From NCBI GenBank assembly GCA_964244895.1, contig CAXTKV010000099.1, positions 7,366 through 18,532 on the forward strand: a DNA stretch of 11,167 nt, in the 5' to 3' direction. The notes beneath the pieces are model-generated. The model did no database searches. It saw only the letters and a list, made by a program, of their open reading frames with translations, and was not told where the DNA came from. Shown in pieces: positions 1-6,608 of the stretch. Origin of the DNA: an uncultured Deinococcales bacterium (GTDB lineage Bacteria; Deinococcota; Deinococci; Deinococcales; JAAFIG01). The stretch's first letter is position 1. Every line of letters starts with the position of its first letter. The position numbers and the translations under genes were made by a program.

Positions 1-16
1 GCCACGTGGTTTCCCG

Positions 17-1894
17 ATGAGCCGCACCCGAAACTCGAGCCTGCGCTTCGGTTACCTAGGAGCCATCGCCGCCGTGATCGGCGCGATCCTGTTCGAGCTG
101 CTCGCGCCCAGGGCTGTTGCACCGGTGCCCGTGGCGCAGCCCAGCGCGCAACGCGTGGCTTTGCTGATCGACACGTCCGGCAGCATGGCGGACAACGACA
201 AGATCGCGGAAGTCAAACGCGCCGCCACCAGCTACGTGGCCGCTCAGGATCGCAAATTGTCCATCGGGCTGGTGTCCTTCGCCACGGATGCGCGCGTGGA
301 GAGCCCGCCGACCACGGATTTGAACGCCCTCAAGACCGCCATCAACGGGCTGAACGCGACCGGAGCCACCAACATGGCCGAGGGCTTGCAGGCCGCCGCC
401 CGCACCTTAGAGGACGCTTCCGACGCCGGGCGCACGATCCTGTTGTTCACCGACGGCGTTCCGGGTTCCAACATTGAACCCGAAGAGGTCGCCAAGCCGC
501 GCACGCTGGCCGCCGCTCAGACCATCCGCAACGCCGGGACGCGCATCGTGGCCATCGGCACCGAGGACGCCGACGTGGATTTCCTGGCGCAAGTCACGGG
601 CTCCAGAGACCTGGTCTTTCCGACCACGGCGGGCAATTTCAACGTCGCGTTCCAGCGTGCGGATCAGGCCATCAAGGGCTTGTTCCGCACGGGCGGCACG
701 GCGGGGAGCGCCATCGCGGATGCGCTCCTGCTGGGCGGTCTGGTCGCGCTGTGCCTGGGCGCGGCGCTGTTGGTGGCGGAGAACGTCTGGGGTTTGCGCG
801 GGCGTTGGTGGCGCGATCTGGCCTGGGTGCCGTTGGGCGCGGCGGTGCTGGGCGCGCTCGGGGCGCTGGTCGGGCAGGGGTTTTACACGATTCTGCCGTC
901 TCGAGCCTGGGGCTGGGCGCTGTTGGGCGTCTCGGCGGGCTGGATGCTCGGGTTGGCGGATCGATCCAGGGCCAAGAGCGTGCGCGGCGCGCTGGGCGGC
1001 TTCGCGGGCGGCTTCATCGGCGGTTTCGCGTTCGATCTTTTGAGCGGCCTGAACCTGGGCGCGGGCGATACGGGCGCGCTGCCGCGCGTGCTGGCGAGCG
1101 CCGTGCTGGGTTTCGCCATCGGGCTGATGGTGCAACTCGCCCAGCAGGCCTTCAAGACCGCCTGGTTGACGGGCATCACGACCGGCCCCTACGAGGGCAA
1201 GCAGTACATTCTGGCCAAACAGTCCGTCACGGTCGGGCGCTCGGACGGCAACGACATCGGCTTGTACCGCGAGAAAGACCTGCCCATCAAGGCGGGCGTG
1301 CTGGCGTTTTCGGGCGGTCAGTGGGCGTATCAGGGCGAACCCGTGACCATCAACGGTTCCGCCACGCCCAGCGCGGTGCTGGCCTCCGGCGACACGATCC
1401 GGTTCGGCAAGACGGAATTCTTGTTCGAGGAACGCGGCAAGGCCGTCACCCAGACGCCCGCCGAACTCGAGACGCCGGAACCCGCATCAGCGCCCGCCGT
1501 GACCGCGCCGATCTCGAGCCCGGCACCGCGCATCGCGCCCAGGCCCGTCTCGAGCCCCGCCCCGCAGCCCGCGCCGCCCGTCACGCCCATGCCCGCGCCG
1601 ACCCAACCCGAACGCTGGCGGCTGGTCGGAGATCAACTCCTCGAATTGCCCGCCGCGCCCGCCCGCGTCACGCTCGGACGCGCCGACGACAACGCGCTGG
1701 TGCTGCGCGAACCGAGCGTCTCGAGCCACCACGCGGTCGTGGATGTCGCGGTGGACGGCCTGACCGTCACGGATCTCGGGGCGACCAACGGCGTGATCGT
1801 CAACGACATCAGGATTGCAGTCAACACGCCGACGTTGCTGCACCCCGGCGACCGCGTGCAGTTCGGGATTAAGAAATTCACCGTGCGTCGCTAA
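17..1894 (+). CDS. Membrane protein with N-terminal TM anchor, vWA domain, about 5 TM helices, degenerate FHA, Pro-rich linker and canonical C-terminal FHA
   Basis: 625-aa ORF. vWA MIDAS residues: LLIDTSGSM (DxSxS), GATNM, LFTDG. Gly/Ala-rich hydrophobic helices at about aa 235-375. FHA-like VTVGRSDGNDI...LASGDTIRFG. Second FHA has LGR, VSSHHA, DLGATNG, LHPGDRVQFG. Confidence 0.9.
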   Translation: MSRTRNSSLRFGYLGAIAAVIGAILFELLAPRAVAPVPVAQPSAQRVALLIDTSGSMADNDKIAEVKRAATSYVAAQDRKLSIGLVSFATDARVESPPTTDLNALKTAINGLNATGATNMAEGLQAAARTLEDASDAGRTILLFTDGVPGSNIEPEEVAKPRTLAAAQTIRNAGTRIVAIGTEDADVDFLAQVTGSRDLVFPTTAGNFNVAFQRADQAIKGLFRTGGTAGSAIADALLLGGLVALCLGAALLVAENVWGLRGRWWRDLAWVPLGAAVLGALGALVGQGFYTILPSRAWGWALLGVSAGWMLGLADRSRAKSVRGALGGFAGGFIGGFAFDLLSGLNLGAGDTGALPRVLASAVLGFAIGLMVQLAQQAFKTAWLTGITTGPYEGKQYILAKQSVTVGRSDGNDIGLYREKDLPIKAGVLAFSGGQWAYQGEPVTINGSATPSAVLASGDTIRFGKTEFLFEERGKAVTQTPAELETPEPASAPAVTAPISSPAPRIAPRPVSSPAPQPAPPVTPMPAPTQPERWRLVGDQLLELPAAPARVTLGRADDNALVLREPSVSSHHAVVDVAVDGLTVTDLGATNGVIVNDIRIAVNTPTLLHPGDRVQFGIKKFTVRR

Positions 1895-1942
1895 AAACTC
1901 CGTTCAGCACACATTCTGGAGCTTGCGTGCTGGACGGTGTTT
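1895..1942. repeat. Palindromic element copy 1 (REP-like)
   Basis: AAACTCCGTTCAGCAC (1895-1910) and GTGCTGGACGGTGTTT (1927-1942) form a 16-bp inverted repeat with 2 mismatches. It starts immediately after TAA 1892-1894. Confidence 0.85.
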
Positions 1943-1953
1943 CGAGGGGAATC

Positions 1954-2523
1954 ATGAACGAACTCTGGAACCGTTTGAAAACCTGGCTTCAGGAAAACGC
2001 ACCCGAACTCCTCGAGACGCTTCAACCCGGTGCAACCGAGCAGCAGATCGCGGCGCTCGAGCAGCACCTGGGCGCGAGCTTGCCGGACGATTACCGCGCG
2101 TTTTTGCGATTGAGCAACGGTCAACCAGGCGATCCAAGGCGCAGGTTCTACGACGGCGAGTTGCTTTCCACCACGACCGTCAAAGAACAATGGGATGTCT
2201 GGAAGGAACTTCTGGACGCTGGCGATTTCGATGCCTACCAGAGCGAACCGCACGAGGGCGTGAAGGACGACTGGTGGAACCCGCGCTGGATTCCGTTCAC
2301 GCACGATGGCGGCGGCAACCACTTGTGCCTCGATCTCGACCCGGCGAAGGGCGGAAAAGTGGGTCAGGTCATCACGATGTGGCACGACAGCATGGAACGC
2401 GAGTTGGTGTTCCCCGATTTCGCGGCCTGGCTCGAGACCCTCGTGGACGGCTTGGAATCTGGCGAGATCGTGTTCGACACGGAGGAATACAACGCGTTGG
2501 TGGATGCGGAGGATCTGTCATGA
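1954..2523 (+). CDS. SMI1/KNR4 (SUKH superfamily) protein, putative immunity protein
   Basis: LQPGATEQQIAALEQHLGASLPDDYRAFLRLSNGQ and WIPFTHDGGGNHLCLDLDP...GQVI are typical SMI1/KNR4 motifs. ATG 1954 follows GAGGGG (1944-1949). The GTG at 1927 lies within the repeat. Confidence 0.9.
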   Translation: MNELWNRLKTWLQENAPELLETLQPGATEQQIAALEQHLGASLPDDYRAFLRLSNGQPGDPRRRFYDGELLSTTTVKEQWDVWKELLDAGDFDAYQSEPHEGVKDDWWNPRWIPFTHDGGGNHLCLDLDPAKGGKVGQVITMWHDSMERELVFPDFAAWLETLVDGLESGEIVFDTEEYNALVDAEDLS

Positions 2524-2885
2524 ACATGAATGAAACGCGCTTCTGGACGATCATCGACACCGCGCACGATCAATCCGACGGCGATGCAGACGCTCAACTC
2601 GAGATGCTTCAGGACGCCCTGATGCCACTCGAGCTGGACGAGATCGTGGAATTCCAGAAGTTGTTCACGGCCTTTCACCGCGCCTCTTACCGCGCGGACT
2701 TGTGGGGCGCGGCGTACATCATGAACGGCGGCGCGAGCGACGATGGTTTCGATTACTTTCGCGGCTGGTTGATCGCGCAGGGTCAAAAAGTTTTCGAGGA
2801 CGCCCTAAAGAACCCTGAATACGCTGGCAGCGCGGCCCGTCAAGCCGCTCGTCGTGCGCCTCGAGCGCTTGCCTGGTGCGCGTGA
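2520..2885 (+). pseudogene. DUF4240-family gene, 3'-truncated at about 2819 with a spurious tail
   Basis: ATGA overlap with the upstream stop. FWTIID, LWGAAYIMNGGASDDGFDYFRGWLIAQG...ALKNPE match DUF4240. After NPE the frame reads YAGSAARQAARRAPRALAWCA, which is the off-frame reading of another gene. Confidence 0.75.
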
Positions 2886-3072
2886 CGCACGCTGGGCGCA
2901 CACGCTGATGGGTGCGGAAGGCATCGCGGCGATGCAGGCGGATTTCGTCGGCTCGAGCGTACCCGCTGCAAGCACTCCAAGCGTTGACCCCAGCCGTCTC
3001 GAAGCCCTCGAGAACGAGGTTCGTGCATTGCGCGCGGAATTGGATGAGGTCAAGAGGCAGTTGGGGTTGTGA
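2809..3072 (+). pseudogene. 3' fragment of a YceH/DUF480-family gene
   Basis: Frame 1 after TAA 2806-2808 reads RTLNTLAARPVKPLVVRLERLPGARDARWAHTLMG...RLEALENEVRALRAELDEVKRQLGL*, resembling the YceH C-terminus (PLVVRL.R.PG.RE.RY.HL plus coiled coil). The N-terminal part is absent. Confidence 0.7.
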
Positions 3073-3482
3073 AGGACGAGGTAAAGCAAGAGATACAGAG
3101 GTATGCCCAAAGTCTTCCTGAAGAACTACGTCAACTACCTGCAACTGAACAGGATATCGAAGCGTTTGAGTCGATTTACGGATCAATTCCAGAAGATTAC
3201 CGCTGGCTTCTTCGGATGTGTGGCGGTGGAGTTTTCGGCCCAGACCAACTTGACAACATCGAAGAACTCGCGCGGAGTCATGCAAAATTCGCGTCGGAGT
3301 CTGCATTACCTGATGGTTGGGCGATGCAGAATGTTTTCGTCATTGGCTGGGACGGTAGTGGGAACCCATTTGGAATCGAGTACAGTACAGGACGTATCCT
3401 TGTCGAGGATCACGACTTCAGTGGTGTGTTCGAACTTGCCCCCAGCTTTGAATGGTTCGTACTCGAGCGAATCCGCACCTAA
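3069..3482 (+). CDS. SMI1/KNR4 (SUKH superfamily) protein, putative immunity protein
   Basis: PATEQDIEAFESIYGSIPEDYRWLLRMCGGG, FVIGWDGSGNPF and LAPSFEWFV. GTGA overlap with the upstream stop. Hand count gives about 50% GC over 3121-3480. Confidence 0.85.
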   Translation: MKDEVKQEIQRYAQSLPEELRQLPATEQDIEAFESIYGSIPEDYRWLLRMCGGGVFGPDQLDNIEELARSHAKFASESALPDGWAMQNVFVIGWDGSGNPFGIEYSTGRILVEDHDFSGVFELAPSFEWFVLERIRT

Positions 3483-3486
3483 CGCG

Positions 3487-3536
3487 AGAACACCATCCAG
3501 CACGCATTCAGGGATTCGCGTGCTGGACGGTGTTCT
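3487..3536. repeat. Palindromic element copy 2
   Basis: AGAACACCATCCAGCACGC (3487-3505) and GCGTGCTGGACGGTGTTCT (3518-3536): 19-bp inverted repeat with 1 mismatch, 4 nt after TAA. Confidence 0.9.
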
Positions 3537-3565
3537 GAAGCGCACGCGAACTTGGGTGCGGTGCA

Positions 3566-3589
3566 GGGCGCGATCAAGCGCGCCCCCAC
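3566..3589 (-). repeat. GTRG-type REP (GTGG-GGGCGCG-CTTGAT-CGCGCCC)
   Basis: The minus strand shows a GTGG tetranucleotide directly followed by a perfect 7-bp GC hairpin, the layout of RAYT-associated REPs. It lies between convergent genes. Confidence 0.55.
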
Positions 3590-3648
3590 GAAAGATGTTC
3601 TCGAACGAGGCTGAACGCGCGGATCATCTCGAGGCTCTGGAACGCCTT

Positions 3649-5235
3649 CTACCTGATGTCCAGCACCACCAACCCGCCCGGCGCGAGCTGTACCGGGTAG
3701 CTGGTGGCCGCCACCGTCTTCGGCGTGAGCGTCTTGTCGAGCGTCAACTCCTGCACCGTGCCGGACGCGTGTTCCAGCGACGTGCCGCGCAAATCCAGGC
3801 TGACGCGGGCGCTGTCAATCGAATCCAGATTGAGCGCCACGATCACGGCCTGATCGCGCAAACGGCGCACGAAGGCCAGGATGCGATCCCCGGCGGGCAC
3901 GGGTTCAAAACCCCCGGAGCGCAGCGCGGAAATGGACTGGCGCAAGCGGATCAGGTTGCGGTAGTGGTTCCACAACGATTCTGGTTTCTCGCGCTGCGCG
4001 CTGACGTTGATGCCGGCATCCGGCGTGCTGAACGCCTGCCACGGCGTGCCGGTGGTGAACCCGGCTTTGGGGCTCGAGTCCCAGCGCATGGGGGTGCGTT
4101 TGTCCTTGTCGTCGCTGCTGGGGCCGTTGGGCATGCTGATCTCGTCGCCGTAGTAGATGAACGGCACGCCGGGCAGCGTCAACAGCAAACTGGCGGCGAT
4201 GCGGTAACGCACCGGGCCGAAATACTGCGGGCGAACCATGTCGTGGTTGGTGGTGAAAATCGCGTCCAGCGCCGACGGCGGGTACAGGCTGGTGACGCGG
4301 TTCAGGGTCGCGTCCAACGGAGCGCGTTTGCCGCCGTTGACCGCCGCGCGGATCGCGTCGCGCAGCTCGAAATCGAAGCCCAGATCCTCGCCGTCGCCGT
4401 TCACGAAGTATTTTGAGACGGCCTCGGGTTTGTCCCAGACTTCCCCGACCAGCATCGCGTCTGGCTTGACGGACTTCACGAAGCTGGCCGTGTCGCGCAT
4501 CCAGGTCAGGTTCAACGGGTTGTGCGGTGCGTTGTCGGTATCGGTTTCGTAGATGTAGCTGATCGCGTCCAACCGGAAACCGTCCACGCCTTTTTGCAAC
4601 CAGAACCGCATGGCCTCCTGCATGGCGCTGACCACGCTCGGGTTGCGGTAGTTCAGATCCGGCATGCCTTCCCAGAACGCGCCGTAGTAAAAGCCCGCGC
4701 CGCCAGGCCTGGACGCGTACCAGCTCGCGTCTTTCGCGCCCCACGGTCGGCCCCAGCCGGGGTTCTGATCGCGCCAGACGTACCAGTCGCGCTTCGGGCT
4801 GCTCGGGTTCTGGGATTCCGTGAACCACGGGTGTTGGACGCTCGTGTGGTTCGGAACCCAATCCAGGATGACTTTCAAACCCAGTTCGTGGGCGCGCGTC
4901 AGGAACGCATCGAAATCCTGCATCGTGCCGTACTGCGCGTTCACGCCCTGGTAGTCCGTCACGTCGTAACCGTGATAGCTCGGGCTGGGGTAGATCGGCA
5001 GCAACCACAGCGCGGTCGCGCCCAGTTCCTTGATGTACCCCAGGCGCTCCGTCAAGCCTTTCAGGTCGCCCACGCCGTCACCGTTGGAATCCTGAAATGA
5101 GCGCACGAAAACCTGGTAAAAAACCTGGTTCGCGTACCAGTCGTCCGCGTGGGTGGAAGGGGCTCGAGCAGGCGCGTTTTGCGCGATGGTGAAGGTGGCC
5201 AGAAGCGCGATCAGCAGTCCCAGAACTCGTTTCAT
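3649..5235 (-). CDS. Secreted GH13 alpha-amylase family glycoside hydrolase (GH13_36-like)
   Basis: Signal peptide MKRVLGLLIALLATFTIA|Q. SFQDSNGDGVGDLKG, YHGYDVTDY, DWVPNHTS. Catalytic GFRLDAI, VGEVW, TNHD. Region V reads MPDLN, the signature of the intermediary GH13_36 group. Confidence 0.92.
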   Translation of the reverse strand: MKRVLGLLIALLATFTIAQNAPARAPSTHADDWYANQVFYQVFVRSFQDSNGDGVGDLKGLTERLGYIKELGATALWLLPIYPSPSYHGYDVTDYQGVNAQYGTMQDFDAFLTRAHELGLKVILDWVPNHTSVQHPWFTESQNPSSPKRDWYVWRDQNPGWGRPWGAKDASWYASRPGGAGFYYGAFWEGMPDLNYRNPSVVSAMQEAMRFWLQKGVDGFRLDAISYIYETDTDNAPHNPLNLTWMRDTASFVKSVKPDAMLVGEVWDKPEAVSKYFVNGDGEDLGFDFELRDAIRAAVNGGKRAPLDATLNRVTSLYPPSALDAIFTTNHDMVRPQYFGPVRYRIAASLLLTLPGVPFIYYGDEISMPNGPSSDDKDKRTPMRWDSSPKAGFTTGTPWQAFSTPDAGINVSAQREKPESLWNHYRNLIRLRQSISALRSGGFEPVPAGDRILAFVRRLRDQAVIVALNLDSIDSARVSLDLRGTSLEHASGTVQELTLDKTLTPKTVAATSYPVQLAPGGLVVLDIR

Positions 5236-5244
5236 GGTGGCTCG

Positions 5245-5254
5245 AGTGTACGCT
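5245..5254. promoter_or_regulatory. Overlapping divergent -10 elements (TACGCT on +, TACACT on -)
   Basis: AGTGTACGCT. TACGCT 5249-5254 is 6 nt before GTG 5261. Minus-strand TACACT 5245-5250 is 9 nt before ATG 5235. No SD sequence on either side. Confidence 0.65.
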
Positions 5255-5260
5255 GGGCGC

Positions 5261-5536
5261 GTGGATGTGGCTGAGGTCTGGCTCTCGAGTGCGTGGTTCA
5301 AGGATTGCACGCTCTGCGGGGCGTGCTGCGCGGCTCCTGACATCTCGAGCCTCCAGAAACCTCTGGGTGCGACCTGCGTTTACCTGGGCGCGGATTGCCT
5401 TTGCACGATCTATGAAATGCGCCCGCAGGTCTGCCGCAATTACGCGCCCGACTGGGTTTGCGCCGAGGTCGCACCGTTGCCCACGCTGGCGGATCGCGTG
5501 CGGCGCTACCTGGAGATTTACGGGCTCGAGGTCTGA
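5261..5536 (+). CDS. YkgJ-family (CxxCxxCC) cysteine-cluster protein
   Basis: CTLCGACC...C..L...CLCTIYEMRPQVCRNY. Start placed at GTG 5261 (GTG 5267 is an alternative) because the ORF-track start overlaps the amylase gene. Confidence 0.85.
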   Translation: MDVAEVWLSSAWFKDCTLCGACCAAPDISSLQKPLGATCVYLGADCLCTIYEMRPQVCRNYAPDWVCAEVAPLPTLADRVRRYLEIYGLEV

Positions 5537-5537
5537 A

Positions 5538-5590
5538 CTCGAGAACACCGTCCAGCACGGTGTTTTAACAACGCGTGCCGGACGGTGTTC
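5538..5590. repeat. Palindromic element copy 3
   Basis: CTCGA then GAACACCGTCCAGCACG (5543-5559) and CGTGCCGGACGGTGTTC (5574-5590): 17-bp inverted repeat with 1 mismatch. The element begins 1 nt after TGA. Confidence 0.9.
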
Positions 5591-5622
5591 GTGTCCCTAC
5601 AGGCTCGAGCCGGGGTTTTCGA

Positions 5623-6147
5623 TCAACCTCTGCGCGAGGACGCACCGGAGAGGCTGACCTTCTCGTTCTCGCCCAGAGCGTCCTGTGATCCGGTCAGCGC
5701 GGCCTTGGCCATGCCGAACAAACGCACGACCGGGCTGGATGGCGAATCCCAGTATTCGGCGCTGTCTGCGACGACGCGGATCAGCGCGAGCTTCGGATCA
5801 TCCAGGCCCTGCGGGAAGTACGCTTTGAACATCGGGTTCCAGAGTTCCTCTATTTTGGCGCGGTCGCGCACGACTTGGCCCTTGCCGGAGACGGACACGT
5901 AGGCGCTCGAGTCGGGTTTGGCGTAGGCCAGGTTGACTTGCGGTTGATCCGCCAGATCACGGACTTTTTCCGAATCGTCGGACGTGAAGAACCACGCGTC
6001 GCCGTCGAACTCGATTTCCTGGGTCGTCATCGGGCGCGAGTAGAGCTTGCCGTCCTCGCTGATGGTGGTCATCATGGCGAACTTGATGCCTTTGATCAGG
6101 GCTGCGACTTTGCGGATACCTTCGTCGTGCGTGACTGATTTGTTCAT
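5623..6147 (-). CDS. Pyridoxamine 5'-phosphate oxidase-like FMN-binding protein (general stress protein 26 family)
   Basis: IKGIKFAMMTT, LYSRPM, DGDAWFFT, PQVNLAY, YVSVSGKG, ELWNP..KAYFPQGLDDPKLALIRV, AEYWDSP. ATG 6147 lies 7 nt after TACAGT. Confidence 0.9.
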   Translation of the reverse strand: MNKSVTHDEGIRKVAALIKGIKFAMMTTISEDGKLYSRPMTTQEIEFDGDAWFFTSDDSEKVRDLADQPQVNLAYAKPDSSAYVSVSGKGQVVRDRAKIEELWNPMFKAYFPQGLDDPKLALIRVVADSAEYWDSPSSPVVRLFGMAKAALTGSQDALGENEKVSLSGASSRRG

Positions 6148-6154
6148 GAGCCAG

Positions 6155-6196
6155 ACTGTAAAACGCTCGGCTGACCCGAACCTGAAGCCCAACTGA
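6155..6196 (-). promoter_or_regulatory. Leaderless -10 (TACAGT) with three upstream TCAG direct repeats at 11-bp period
   Basis: ACTGTA at 6155-6160 on +. CTGA at 6171, 6182 and 6193. Confidence 0.55.
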
Positions 6197-6313
6197 TGTC
6201 TGGCTCGAGGAACCCTCCGGACTCCGATTGTTCGAGCAGCCCACGGGCTGCGCACGAAAGCAGCGACAATCCAAAGGATTGCCGCTGCTGGTACTTCGAC
6301 GGTCATCGTCTTC

Positions 6314-6335
6314 AAAACTGGGAGTGGGCTCCCAG
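6314..6335 (-). terminator. Candidate intrinsic terminator
   Basis: The minus strand reads CTGGGAG-CCCA-CTCCCAG-TTTT, about 10 nt after the stop of the 41-aa ORF. The U-tract is short. Confidence 0.45.
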
Positions 6336-6344
6336 CCCGGATTC

Positions 6345-6470
6345 TTAACGAATCCGGAAGGTGTGAAGTTCCGGGTCTCCCCAGATCTTCAGACCGATTT
6401 CCCACGTCTCGTCCATCACCACGAGGGTGAGGCGGACGAAAGAATTTTGAAAGAGGATGGTGCGTTCCAT
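6345..6470 (-). CDS. Candidate 41-aa small protein of unknown function
   Basis: MERTILFQNSFVRLTLVVMDETWEIGLKIWGDPELHTFRIR*. GGAG lies 5 nt upstream of the ATG and a terminator-like hairpin lies downstream. Confidence 0.35.
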   Translation of the reverse strand: MERTILFQNSFVRLTLVVMDETWEIGLKIWGDPELHTFRIR

Positions 6471-6542
6471 AAGAACTCCGGCGAAGTACCCCCCGAATTT
6501 AGCGAACCGTTTCTGAAATCGCGGCAAAACCGCACGTCCTCG

Positions 6543-6602
6543 GAAAGACCGTCCAGCACGGTGTTCCTGGGGACGCAAAACTCGCGTGCTGGACGGTCTT
6601 TC
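6543..6602. repeat. Palindromic element copy 4
   Basis: GAAAGACCGTCCAGCACG (6543-6560) and CGTGCTGGACGGTCTTTC (6585-6602): perfect 18-bp inverted repeat, 6 nt after the minus-strand stop at 6609. Confidence 0.92.
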
Positions 6603-6608
6603 GAGTGC

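Noticed and set aside
1441..1610. Pro/Ala-rich quasi-repeat (TCTCGAGCCC twice) in the vWA-FHA gene
   Set aside because: It is an ordinary low-complexity interdomain linker.
1815..2519. N-terminal 235 aa of the 356-aa ORF 1815..2885
   Set aside because: This is an Arg-rich off-frame shadow of the SMI1/KNR4 gene. The real start is the ATGA-coupled ATG at 2520.
2785..2822. Programmed frameshift producing a DUF4240-YceH fusion
   Set aside because: The only slippery-looking run (AAAAAGTTTT, about 2785-2794) lies upstream of a TAA (2806-2808) in the target frame, and both domains are incomplete.
5153..6405. Extended starts at 5343 (amylase), 5153 (YkgJ) and 6405 (PPOX-like)
   Set aside because: They create head-to-head overlaps or non-homologous extensions. 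The shorter starts match a signal peptide or domain boundary and have -10 boxes.
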